A DNA stretch of 64,000 bases from an uncultured Lachnospiraceae bacterium (GCA_910587895.1 CAJUOE010000039.1:1711-65710), one strand, 5' to 3'; shown: positions 43,256-52,571, counted from the stretch's first letter. Numbers and translations are program-made. The notes: a model not told the origin generated them from the sequence alone.

Positions 43256-45613
43256 ATGATGAAATATGCAAAACATATCATAGCCGTACTTTTAGTGATC
43301 ACCATGCTATTTACAGGGGTAGGTTTTGCAGCGGCAGAAGGAAATAACGACGAATTTCAGGAATGGGTATTGGAAAATGTAAAGTTCGGGCATCTTGGCA
43401 TTTCTTTTGAATTTGGCGGTTTACTGCCGCCACAGGAGGCAAGGGCTGTCATTTCCTCTTCTTCAGAGGAAGAGCCAATGGAAATTAGCATAGATTTTAT
43501 GATAGAAGAAGGGAAGAAGGGGTACCAGCTTTCAATTCCCGAAGGTTCTTATCTGGAAAGCGGAAAGAACTATTGCCTGAAATTATATGGGCAGAATGGA
43601 GAAGAGGCGTCTGAAAATGGGGAAGTAGAATGCGATTTTTCTGCTGAAATATATTATGAACGCGATCGGGTGGATATTGATTATAAATCGGACTGCAAAA
43701 TAGTGCAGGCGGTGGCAGAAGTGGATTCTGTCGAATACGAAGGGGTGATTCAGGATAACAATATTGTTATTTTGTATCCGCAGTTAGAAAGTGACCGAAA
43801 GGTAACGGTTAAGATTTCTGACGAATATGGCTGTGTGCGGACATATACAGGGAAGACGGAAATGTCGGATGTTTTAAGATACATGGTTCTTAAGGCATTT
43901 CCAGATGGTATAAGATTTGAAAAGTATGTTGGGTTTACGCAATTTTCTGCGGATGAGAGGATGGCAGTAAAGGTTGGGGAAGAGGTTTATTATACGGAAT
44001 ACGGTTATGAAGCGGATAGGGAAACCAGGTTTGGAAGTGTGCAGTATCCTTTGCAGCAGCCAGGCACGAGGATTACTGTTTGGATGGAAAATAAAAGCGG
44101 GGTCATAACCCTGAAAAAGAAGTTTACCATCAAGGAATGTAGTTTTTTGACAGCATACAACAGGGCATATCCGGAAATGCTGACAGGAAACGTGTATGAA
44201 AGATCTTTGAAACAGGTTCCGACGAAGGTTCGTGTTCGAATTGGAGGAAGGGTTTATGAAGAACGTGTTGACCAATATGGCAACTTTACGGTTATGTATC
44301 CGGAGCAGCGGGAAGGCGCGGAGCTGACGTTCGACCTTATGGATGATCATGGATGCTGCCTCACACAGACGACGCGTGTGCTGAATGAATTTGTGGATGT
44401 TTCTGTATTAGAGGAATATAATGACAGAGATAGTATATTGGATGTCACTGCGACAGCAGTATATGCAAAATCAATAATACATGGCAGGATTTGCGTACAA
44501 ATTGGCGAAAATGTGTATAAGGGATCTGATGAACATGTTGAGCATGATTCAGGATGGTGTGTTATGGTGAGCTATCCGGAGCAGAAACCGGGTACGGCAA
44601 TTACGGTCTGGTATGAGGATTTAAACACGTCGAAGGGAACAAAAATGAATTTTAAAATTCCCAGTCCGCCCAAGGTCAAGCTTGACATCGTGGAGTTCAC
44701 GTATAATTATATTGAATTTGAACCATATTTTTATCTCGGTGATTCTGAATATTCGGAGGATATAGAGAAAGCATATGCATATATCAATGGCAAGAAATAT
44801 AAGGCAAAAGGTGGCGGTGATGATGTTGATGATACTTTTTATATAGAGTATTCTGTGAAAGTTGGGTCTACAATCAAAATTATCATTACCGATGAAGAGG
44901 GCAATGATTATGAAGTCGCCTATAAGATACCGCATACGCTGTCGGACATTCATCTGAACAAGGTGGAGTCTGGAAGCTGGAAGGTTACAGGGGACACGGT
45001 ACCAAAGGCTTCCGTGTCGGTAAAAATTGGCAAAAAGACATACAAGTCGAAAGCCAAAAAAGATGGCAGCTTTTCTGTCAAGGTTAAGCCTCATAAGACC
45101 GGGACAAGAGTTACATTGTTCGTAAAGACGAAAGAAGGGGCTTATGGGAAAAGGACAACGAAGATCAAAAGGGCAAAAGGAACGATAAAATTTACCAATA
45201 CCATTTTCCGCGACAGCGGGAAGGTTTCGTGCAAGGTTACCGGTGCATACAAAGGCGATGTCGTGACAGTGAATGTGGGCGGCAGGACTTATAAGAAAAG
45301 AATAACGTCGAATAAGAGAAGGCAGATTGTGACTATTCCCATAGGTTCGGCAACGGCTGGGGAACAGGCAAGGGCAACCTATAGCGACAGGTTTAAGAAA
45401 CGAAAGGATTATGATTCCCGCATGGTTTATTATGGAGATTCAATATATGTGGGGATGTCCATTGGTGATGCGTGTCTGACGACCTGGGGCAGTCCAAAGC
45501 AGAGAAATTATTATGGGGGGAACTGGGAACAATGGGTTTTCTCCAGCGGTGGAAGTATGCTGTTCGTTTATGTGCAGGATGGCAAGGTTGTCCTCATTCA
45601 GAGAATGAATTAA
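43256..45613 (+). CDS. Secreted 785-aa protein built from repeated Ig-like/beta-sandwich modules with a small BamE/SmpA-like C-terminal domain
   Basis: Signal peptide (..GVGFAAAEG). A recurring module signature occurs at least 6 times: ..V.YP.Q.PG..ITVW..D / ..K.GK.TYK.K..KDGSFSV.V...K.GT.V.. . C-terminus: GDSIYVGMSIGDACLTTWGSP...WVFSSGGSMLFVYVQDGKVVLIQ. Confidence 0.7.
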   Translation: MMKYAKHIIAVLLVITMLFTGVGFAAAEGNNDEFQEWVLENVKFGHLGISFEFGGLLPPQEARAVISSSSEEEPMEISIDFMIEEGKKGYQLSIPEGSYLESGKNYCLKLYGQNGEEASENGEVECDFSAEIYYERDRVDIDYKSDCKIVQAVAEVDSVEYEGVIQDNNIVILYPQLESDRKVTVKISDEYGCVRTYTGKTEMSDVLRYMVLKAFPDGIRFEKYVGFTQFSADERMAVKVGEEVYYTEYGYEADRETRFGSVQYPLQQPGTRITVWMENKSGVITLKKKFTIKECSFLTAYNRAYPEMLTGNVYERSLKQVPTKVRVRIGGRVYEERVDQYGNFTVMYPEQREGAELTFDLMDDHGCCLTQTTRVLNEFVDVSVLEEYNDRDSILDVTATAVYAKSIIHGRICVQIGENVYKGSDEHVEHDSGWCVMVSYPEQKPGTAITVWYEDLNTSKGTKMNFKIPSPPKVKLDIVEFTYNYIEFEPYFYLGDSEYSEDIEKAYAYINGKKYKAKGGGDDVDDTFYIEYSVKVGSTIKIIITDEEGNDYEVAYKIPHTLSDIHLNKVESGSWKVTGDTVPKASVSVKIGKKTYKSKAKKDGSFSVKVKPHKTGTRVTLFVKTKEGAYGKRTTKIKRAKGTIKFTNTIFRDSGKVSCKVTGAYKGDVVTVNVGGRTYKKRITSNKRRQIVTIPIGSATAGEQARATYSDRFKKRKDYDSRMVYYGDSIYVGMSIGDACLTTWGSPKQRNYYGGNWEQWVFSSGGSMLFVYVQDGKVVLIQRMN

Positions 45614-45675
45614 TTTAGAAGAGATAAAGAAAAATTAAGATTTACTTACATTCTATAACAATGAACCATAACGTG

Positions 45676-45707
45676 CAGGGAGGGTCAACCCCTCCCTGTC
45701 ATTTTTT
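45676..45707. terminator. Hairpin terminator between convergent genes
   Basis: CAGGGAGGG-tcaac-CCCTCCCTG followed by tcaTTTTTT. Confidence 0.7.
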
Positions 45708-46127
45708 AAATTTATATTTTCCTTTTCCGTGCCCGGATATGGGTTCGATGATATCTGCTTTTTGAGGTTGGATGTCCACTTTTTGAGTTTGAATGTCCGC
45801 TTTTTCAGCTATGAAGTCCACTTTTTGAGTTCCAATGTCCACTTTTTCTATTTTCCAAAGTCTGCTTATGTGCAGGTTTCGGTTGTGTAGTTCATTTTTT
45901 TCACCCAGAAGCAGGTTTCTGAGGAATATTTCCAGATATTCTGTAGTTTCGTGTAGTCCTTTTTGCAGGTTGGTGTAATTTGCGCGCACAAGTGCATTTC
46001 TGAAATACCACGCATTTTCCGCAAAAATATCATTTGTTGCTGAGAAATCTTGTAGGGTAATTTCTCCTACGATATTCTGAATGATGGAGAAAAATCCGGC
46101 GAATTTCCAATATGATTGAACTGCAAG
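45699..46127 (-). pseudogene. C-terminal remnant of a Fic-family protein gene (Fic domain missing) ending in heptad repeats
   Basis: The minus frame is open from 46127 with no start and no Fic motif: ..NDIFAENAWYFRNALVRANYTNLQKGLHETTEYLEIFLRNLLLGEKNELHNRNLHIS.. followed by KVDIGTQ KVDFIAE KADIQTQ KVDIQPQ KADI. Confidence 0.55.
45750..45854. repeat. Five tandem imperfect 21-bp repeats (coding heptads of the Fic remnant)
   Basis: gatatctgctttttgaggttg / gatgtccactttttgagtttg / aatgtccgctttttcagctat / gaagtccactttttgagttcc / aatgtccactttttctatttt. Confidence 0.8.
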
Positions 46128-46243
46128 TTATCATTAAAAAAGTGCAATCCGTACAAAAATGCCCAAATTGATTTCTTGGTGTTATAGAATAAATAAAAAT
46201 TAATCTGGGTTATCCCGGAATTAAGATTGGAGGATGAGATATT

Positions 46244-49200
46244 TTGAAGAAACGAGGAAACTTAAAGAGGAGAATTGGTTCGCTTGCGCTGGCAGCGGCA
46301 ATGGCAGTGACTTCAGTTCCGGCGCTTGGCAGGGAAGTCCATGCGGCTGGGACGTCAGAGCCCACCAAGTTTGCGACGGTAGAACAGCTAAAGGCTTTCA
46401 ACACGGATGAAACGGACGGCACAAATTCGGCAAAGCTCTATTTTGGAAAGGACAACCAGGAATGGTGGATAGCGGGAAGCCAGGGCGGGGACAGCGTGAC
46501 GCTGTTTTCGGCAAGCCCGCTGATGGAAGAGACAACTTTTTGCAGCGGCCTTAGCAGCGATAAACCATATGAGGCTGATTCTGGTTGTATTTATGAAACA
46601 GAGCCATCACGAGTATATCATAATCATTATGGGACCAGTCCGATGAGAACGAAGGTAAAACAACTGGAAGCATCTTTCTTTTCAACGGAAGAGCAAGGCC
46701 TGATGAAGGATACAACGATCTATACGTACGATACGTATAACGAGGTATATTATGCCACAGCCGATAAACTGTATCTGGTAAATGGCATATATTCAGCCGG
46801 TAAATCCAATTGGCTCATAGTGGGAGAAAATGGCCCTGGCGATTCATATTACAATGGCTTGCGTGTCGATTCTATATATTGGGGAGAGGAAAGTAGTAAT
46901 TATCATCCGAACTTTTGGCTGCGCATACCCGCGAAACCGTTCGGCTCTAGTTCGTACGGCGGTGATGCTATGTGTGCGAAGCTGTATGATGGATGGGGAA
47001 ACGTTAGCAGCTCTTCACCTGGCTCCTCCAAGCGTGAAGTGCGGCCCACTTTCGAACTGGACCTGTCCCCTGTCCTCTTCGCGTCTGCCGCGGAAGCGTC
47101 ATTGACGGAAAGCACAGGGGCAAAGATAGGGGACGATGCGGCAATGTCATTGAGGCTGGACGGCGCCGACCGAAAGATAGGAACCGTGAAATATGACAAT
47201 GGGATCGATGGAATTGTGGCGCAGAGGGATGCAGACGCAGAGGCAATCGTCTCCCTTGTGATCCAGGGCAATGACGGGACCAGCGACTGGTATTACAGCG
47301 TGCCTGTAGGGGAAGTGGAGACGGCTGTCACAAAAGAGCAGATCCAGGAAACCTGCCAAATATCCGGGGACATTGACTTTGCAGACTGTGTGTTCTGGCT
47401 GGAAATGACATTGGGCGAAAGCAAGATGCCTTATGCCAAGATGGGCAGGAACCCCTTATTGAAACCAGGAAAAACAATCGTGCTGGAAGGAGCAACCATA
47501 AAAAACACTACGTATGGCCAGGTTCAAATAGACAGGGGGCACGACGGGACGAATGACGTGAGAGTCGAGCTGCCGGGGGGGAAGGGCAACGTCCAGGTTG
47601 CCGAGGATGGCAGGGTTACCGTGCCTGCCGGAGGAAAGGTACGGGTCGGGAACGAGGAGTGGATGACCCTGCCAAACGGCGGTATCGTTGACATATTCGG
47701 AAACGTAGAGGCCGACGGGATCATCAGAGGGGGGATCACGGCAGCGGCGCCGGAGGGAGGAAAGGTCACGACGGACGTGGATGGGAAGATTACCGTGCCC
47801 GCCGGAGGAAAGGTGCAGACTGGGGAAGGAGAAGAGATGGGGCTGCCGAACGGCGGGACCGTTGACAAGGACGGGACCGTAGAGGCGGACAAGATTGTCC
47901 GAGGCGAAACCACAGTAACGGCGCCGGAGGGAGGAAAGGTCACGGCGGACAAAGATGGGAAGATTACCGTGCCTGCCGGAGGAAAGGTGCAGACCGGGGA
48001 AGGAGAAGAAATGGAGCTGCCGGAGGGCGGGACCGTTGACAAGGACGGGAACGTGGAGCAGGCAGGAACCCCGGGAAAGCCCTTTGAAGGCTCAGGAACG
48101 GCAGAAGACCCATACCAGATTGGCAGCCGGGCAGACCTGGAGAAGCTGCGTGACCTTGTCAACGGCGGGGAAAGCCAGGAAGGCATCCATTTCAAGGTAA
48201 CTGCCGACATAGACCTGGGCGGCAGCGCAGGGAACCCATGGACACCGATTGGGACGGAGGAACACCCATTCAAAGGGATATTGGACGGAAACAGCCGCAC
48301 GGTAAGCGGGCTGTACATCAATGACGCCAATGGGAACAACCAGGGGCTCTTTGGGGTCAATGGGGGAACCATCAAAAGCCTTACCGTGTCAGGAACCGTG
48401 ACGGGCAAGGACAACGTGGGCGGAATCGCCGGGAGCAACACAGGGGCGATCAGGGACTGCACCACTAACGTGGACGTGAGCGGGGAAGACAACGTGGGCG
48501 GAATTGCCGGAAAGAATGAAGGAACCATTATGGGCTGCATGAACAATGGAAGCGTGACCGGAACTGGAACCGGCGTCGGAGGCATCACCGGGAACAACGC
48601 GGGAACCGTGAACGTAAGCGGCAACACAGGCGACGTAAGCGGCAACAGCAGCGTGGGAGGAATTGCCGGAAGGAACGACGGAACGCTGGACAGCGGCACC
48701 AACACCGCCCCCGTGGCAGGCAAGGACGACGTGGGAGGAATTGCCGGAACGAATGGAACGAATGGAACCGTAGAAGGCTGCACCAACTCCGGGAATGTGA
48801 CAGGCACGGGAGATGGAGGCGGCAAGCCGGGAGCCATCATAGGAAACAACCAGAACACTAATGGGGACGCCGTGAAGAATGACTACTACCAGAAGACGGA
48901 GAACATCAACAAGGACCTGACCGGAATCGGGGAAGGCACAGGCTCCGGGACGGACCCGGCAGGGATTGCCTCCGGGCAGACGCCGATAAACCCAGGCAAG
49001 CCGTTCAATGGTTCAGGAACAGCGGAAGACCCCTACCAGATTGGCAGCCGGGCAGACCTGGAGAGGCTGCGCGACCTTGTCAACGGAGGGGAAAGCCAGG
49101 AAGGCATCTATTTCAAGGTAACTGCCGACATAGACCTGGGCGGCAGCGCAGGGAACCCATGGACGCCGATTGGGACGGAGGAACACCCATTCAAAGGGAC

Positions 49201-51475
49201 AATAGAGGGGGAAGCCCGCAATGGGGACTCGCCCACGGTAAGCGGGCTGTACATCGATGACGCTAGCAAGGACAACCAGGGACTCTTTGGAGTCAACGGG
49301 GGAACCATCAAGAACCTGACGGTGGAGGGAACCGTGACAGGCAGGGGCAATGTCGGGGGAATCGCTGGAAGGAACGACGGGACGATCATCAGCTGCATGA
49401 ACAGAGCGACCGTGGCTGGAAACGGAAATGACGTGGGAGGCGTCGCCGGGATCAACGCGGGAACGATAAGGGACAGTTTCAACACAGGGACAGCAAGCGG
49501 CAAGGACAACGTCGGGGGGATTGCCGGGACCAATACAGGGACGGTAAGCGGCGGCGGAAATTCAGGAGAGGTGAGCGGCAGCAACAATGTGGGGGGAATC
49601 ATAGGAAACAATGCCGGAGAGGCAAGCGGATTCTTCAACAGCGGAAAAGTAGACGGCAAGGACAACGTTGGGGGGATTGCCGGAACCAGCACAAGCTCCG
49701 TAAGCATGAGCAACAACGGGGGAGAGGTGAGCGGCGTCAACAATGTCGGGGGAATTGTTGGGCACAACACAACGTCGGCAGGCAAACTCGGCAATGCGGG
49801 CAACAACACGAACTTCGGGGACGTCACCGGGACTGGGACAGGAGTCGGAGGGATTGCCGGGAAGAATGACAGCATGCTCAGCTACAACGTCAACGAGGGG
49901 AAGGTCACCGGGGGGAACAATGCCGGGGGGATCGCCGGGGACAACGGCGAGAACGGCAGCGTGAAAAACGACACGAACTCCGGAGAAGTCACCGGAGGGG
50001 ACAACGTCGGCGGAATTGCCGGGAACAATGCCGGAACCATAAGCGGAGAAGAGAACACAGGCGACGTAAGCGGAAACGACAATGTCGGGGGAATCACCGG
50101 GAACAACGGTGGAACTGGCATCGTGGAGGACAGCACGAACAATGGAACCGTCACCGGGGGTGGAACCGGCGCGGGAGGAATCGCCGGAAGGAACGACGGT
50201 ACGCTGAAAGACGACACGAACACCGCCCCCGTGGCAGGCAAGGACGACGTGGGAGGAATTGCCGGAACGAATGGAACGAATGGAACCGTAGAAGGCTGCA
50301 CCAACTCTGGGAATGTGACATCTACGGGAGATGGAGGCGGCAAGCCGGGAGCCATCATAGGAAACAACCAGAACACCAATGGGGACGCTGTGAAGGACGA
50401 CTACTACCAGAAGACGGACGAGGTCAACAAGGACCTGACCGGAATCGGGGAAGGCACAGGCTCCGGGACGGATCCGGCAGGGATCACCTCCGGGCAGACG
50501 CCGATAAAGCCGGGGGATTCCAATATGGACCAGGCAGCGGCAGACCATGTGAAGGGGCTGATCGACGCCATCCCCAGCCCTGTTAAGCTGGATGGGGAGA
50601 CAAAACAGAAGATTGACGCCGCCAGGGCGGCATATGAAGGGCTGACCGCCGCCCAGAAGGCATTGGTTCCGGAGGGAACCAGGAAGAAACTGGAAGACGC
50701 GGAGAAGGAATACAGTGACCTGGAAAGGCTGGCAGCCCTGCCACCGGAAACGAAGAAGCAGGTCGAGGACATCGCGGAGACACTGGGCATCAGCATTGAG
50801 GAGGCACAGGAGATCCAGAAGATTGCAAAAGACCTGGGAGTGGACTTAGAGACCCTGCTGATCACCGACGACAGCATCCTGGGGCAGAAGTCGGAAAGCG
50901 ACATCCGAGGCTCAGTGTTCAGCAAGCTCCAGGCAAAGGCGACCAAGATAACTGCGACCAAGGCCACCCTGACATGGAAGAAGGTCAAAGGGGCGGACGG
51001 CTACCTGATATACGGGGCAAGCTGCGGGAAGAACAACAAGCTGAAACTGCTGAAGACATTGAAGGGCGGGAACAAGCAGAAGTACACCCAGAGCAGGCTG
51101 AAGAAGAACTCCCCGTACAAATACGTGGTGCGCGCCTACAAGCTGGTGGGCGACAGGAAAATCACGATCTCAGCCTCCAAGATGCTCCATGTGTTCACGA
51201 CCGGCAAGTATGTGAACGCCAAGGGAGTGAAGCTGAACAAGACGAAGGCATCCATAAAGAAAGGGAAGACCTTCCGGATCAAGGCGAAGGTAGTATTGGG
51301 CAGCAAGAAAGGAAAATTCAAGCAGCACCGCAAGATCTGCTACGAGAGCAGCAATGCAGCGGTGGCGACCGTGACGAAGAAGGGCGTCATCAAAGGAAAG
51401 AAGAAAGGAACCTGCAGCATATATGTATATGCCCAGAATGGCGTATACAAGACAATCAAGGTAACTGTAAAATAG
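46244..51475 (+). CDS. Giant secreted GLUG-motif repeat protein (1743 aa): DUF6273-like N-domain, FN3-like and Big_2-like C-terminal domains
   Basis: TTG start 9 nt after GGAGGA, with a signal peptide (..VPALGREVHA). N-domain ..NFWLRIPAKP..EVRPTFELDLSPVLFASAA. More than 30 copies of the (D/N)NVGGI(A/T)G.N.G.(I/V) GLUG-type unit. Then ..ATLTWKKVKGADGYLIYG.. (FN3-like) and ..SSNAAVATVTKKGVIKGKKKGTCSIYVYA (Big_2-like). No LPXTG, SLH or choline-binding anchor seen. Confidence 0.8.
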   Translation: MKKRGNLKRRIGSLALAAAMAVTSVPALGREVHAAGTSEPTKFATVEQLKAFNTDETDGTNSAKLYFGKDNQEWWIAGSQGGDSVTLFSASPLMEETTFCSGLSSDKPYEADSGCIYETEPSRVYHNHYGTSPMRTKVKQLEASFFSTEEQGLMKDTTIYTYDTYNEVYYATADKLYLVNGIYSAGKSNWLIVGENGPGDSYYNGLRVDSIYWGEESSNYHPNFWLRIPAKPFGSSSYGGDAMCAKLYDGWGNVSSSSPGSSKREVRPTFELDLSPVLFASAAEASLTESTGAKIGDDAAMSLRLDGADRKIGTVKYDNGIDGIVAQRDADAEAIVSLVIQGNDGTSDWYYSVPVGEVETAVTKEQIQETCQISGDIDFADCVFWLEMTLGESKMPYAKMGRNPLLKPGKTIVLEGATIKNTTYGQVQIDRGHDGTNDVRVELPGGKGNVQVAEDGRVTVPAGGKVRVGNEEWMTLPNGGIVDIFGNVEADGIIRGGITAAAPEGGKVTTDVDGKITVPAGGKVQTGEGEEMGLPNGGTVDKDGTVEADKIVRGETTVTAPEGGKVTADKDGKITVPAGGKVQTGEGEEMELPEGGTVDKDGNVEQAGTPGKPFEGSGTAEDPYQIGSRADLEKLRDLVNGGESQEGIHFKVTADIDLGGSAGNPWTPIGTEEHPFKGILDGNSRTVSGLYINDANGNNQGLFGVNGGTIKSLTVSGTVTGKDNVGGIAGSNTGAIRDCTTNVDVSGEDNVGGIAGKNEGTIMGCMNNGSVTGTGTGVGGITGNNAGTVNVSGNTGDVSGNSSVGGIAGRNDGTLDSGTNTAPVAGKDDVGGIAGTNGTNGTVEGCTNSGNVTGTGDGGGKPGAIIGNNQNTNGDAVKNDYYQKTENINKDLTGIGEGTGSGTDPAGIASGQTPINPGKPFNGSGTAEDPYQIGSRADLERLRDLVNGGESQEGIYFKVTADIDLGGSAGNPWTPIGTEEHPFKGTIEGEARNGDSPTVSGLYIDDASKDNQGLFGVNGGTIKNLTVEGTVTGRGNVGGIAGRNDGTIISCMNRATVAGNGNDVGGVAGINAGTIRDSFNTGTASGKDNVGGIAGTNTGTVSGGGNSGEVSGSNNVGGIIGNNAGEASGFFNSGKVDGKDNVGGIAGTSTSSVSMSNNGGEVSGVNNVGGIVGHNTTSAGKLGNAGNNTNFGDVTGTGTGVGGIAGKNDSMLSYNVNEGKVTGGNNAGGIAGDNGENGSVKNDTNSGEVTGGDNVGGIAGNNAGTISGEENTGDVSGNDNVGGITGNNGGTGIVEDSTNNGTVTGGGTGAGGIAGRNDGTLKDDTNTAPVAGKDDVGGIAGTNGTNGTVEGCTNSGNVTSTGDGGGKPGAIIGNNQNTNGDAVKDDYYQKTDEVNKDLTGIGEGTGSGTDPAGITSGQTPIKPGDSNMDQAAADHVKGLIDAIPSPVKLDGETKQKIDAARAAYEGLTAAQKALVPEGTRKKLEDAEKEYSDLERLAALPPETKKQVEDIAETLGISIEEAQEIQKIAKDLGVDLETLLITDDSILGQKSESDIRGSVFSKLQAKATKITATKATLTWKKVKGADGYLIYGASCGKNNKLKLLKTLKGGNKQKYTQSRLKKNSPYKYVVRAYKLVGDRKITISASKMLHVFTTGKYVNAKGVKLNKTKASIKKGKTFRIKAKVVLGSKKGKFKQHRKICYESSNAAVATVTKKGVIKGKKKGTCSIYVYAQNGVYKTIKVTVK
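47573..48060 (+). repeat. About 2.8 tandem copies of a 174-bp (58-aa) unit inside the GLUG protein gene
   Basis: Units start near 47573 (diverged), 47747 and 47921. They encode APEGGKVT.D.DGKITVPAGGKVQTGEGEEM.LP.GGTVDKDG.VE. Confidence 0.75.
48071..49198 (+). repeat. Dispersed direct repeat A (207 bp) at 48071-48277 and 48992-49198
   Basis: The two copies are near-identical at DNA level. They encode GKPF.GSGTAEDPYQIGSRADLE.LRDLVNGGESQEGI.FKVTADIDLGGSAGNPWTPIGTEEHPFKG. Weaker similarity continues ~160 bp further. Confidence 0.8.
48666..50508 (+). repeat. Dispersed direct repeat B (325 bp) at 48666-48990 and 50184-50508
   Basis: Equal-length copies with only scattered substitutions. They encode GRNDGTL.D.TNTAPVAGKDDVGGIAGTNGTNGTVEGCTNSGNVT.TGDGGGKPGAIIGNNQNTNGDAVK.DYYQKT...NKDLTGIGEGTGSGTDPAGI.SGQTPI. 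Confidence 0.8.
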
Positions 51476-51539
51476 CCTGCATGCCCCGGAAGGGGCATAT
51501 GCAGGAATAGAAATTTCACAAAGTGCGCATACTGATTCC

Positions 51540-52571
51540 ATGCGGAATGAAGTGAAAGAAAACGTACAGAAAATAGCAAAGATTTTGGGGATTACACTGG
51601 CAGTCTATGTCTGCATCCGCTGGCTGCTGCCGCTTGTAATCCCCTTTTTTATGGCGTTCCTGTTGGCGAAACTTTTAAATCCACTGGTGGGAAAGCTGGA
51701 GGAAAAATTGAGATGGAAGAGAAGCGTCTGGTCGTCCCTGCTGGTGGGACTGTTATTTCTGATGCTGGGATTTTTGGTGGTTGTGTTTGTGAGGACTTTG
51801 CTCATACAAATCAAGACCGTGGTTGAAAATCTGGACAGTTACAGACGGCAGACGGGAGATTTTTTCTATGAATGCTGCTGCCAGGTGGAGAATTTTACAG
51901 GAATACAGGCGGACATGATTCATGATGGCGTACAAAAGCAAATTCCGGGAATTATGCAGCATATGAAATCAAATGTCGTACCGGCATTGATGAATGGGAC
52001 GATATCGTATGCCAAAAATTTGTTTGTGTGGATCGGCATCTGTTTTGTCGTGATTATCAGCACGATTTTAATTCTGAAAGATTACCAGAAAATACGGACA
52101 GCGCTCGAACGCCATCCTATCGGGCAGATAGGGCTTAAGGTCTGTAGGCGCACCTACGAGGCGGGGGGCGCGTATATCAAGGCGCAGTTTATCATCATGC
52201 TCATCATTACGGCTGTCTGCGTGGCTGGGCTGTATTTGTCCGGCAATGAATATGCCCTGCTGGCAGGGTGTGGAATCGGGATTTGCGACGCTATGCCGTT
52301 TCTGGGAACCGGTACGATTTTTGTGCCCTGGGCAATAATTGAGATGATGCAGGGGAAATATATGCTGGCGGCAATTTATACCGTTATCTATACGATTTGC
52401 AGCCTGCTGCGCGAAATATTAGAGCCAAAACTTCTCGGAAATAAGCTGGGGATGCATCCCCTGTCGGTGATTGCCAGCATCTATGTCGGGCTTGGGGTTT
52501 ATGGCTTGTGGGGATTTGCCCTGGGACCTTTGTCTTATATCCTGATTCGGGAAATTTACTTGACAATCTAA
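51540..52571 (+). CDS. ytvI: Sporulation integral membrane protein YtvI (AI-2E/PerM transporter family)
   Basis: 343 aa and about 8 TMs, with the conserved C-terminal ..DA.PFLGTG.IFVPWA.. and EPK..G...G.HPL motifs. Confidence 0.75.
   Translation: MRNEVKENVQKIAKILGITLAVYVCIRWLLPLVIPFFMAFLLAKLLNPLVGKLEEKLRWKRSVWSSLLVGLLFLMLGFLVVVFVRTLLIQIKTVVENLDSYRRQTGDFFYECCCQVENFTGIQADMIHDGVQKQIPGIMQHMKSNVVPALMNGTISYAKNLFVWIGICFVVIISTILILKDYQKIRTALERHPIGQIGLKVCRRTYEAGGAYIKAQFIIMLIITAVCVAGLYLSGNEYALLAGCGIGICDAMPFLGTGTIFVPWAIIEMMQGKYMLAAIYTVIYTICSLLREILEPKLLGNKLGMHPLSVIASIYVGLGVYGLWGFALGPLSYILIREIYLTI

Noticed and set aside
48666-50508. Possibility that the near-identical 325-bp copies are a DGR template/variable repeat pair
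   Set aside because: The substitutions between copies are not adenine-specific. No reverse transcriptase or accessory gene is nearby. Both copies are coding parts of the same gene.
47524-50548. Long minus-strand ORFs (444, 255, 328 and 165 aa) overlapping the GLUG-repeat gene
   Set aside because: They are Pro/Ser/Thr/Ala-rich mirror frames of Gly/Asn/Thr/Val-rich repeats (GGN read as NCC). They have no RBS and no domain signature. They lack stops only because of the repetitive, G+C-rich codon usage of the plus-strand gene.
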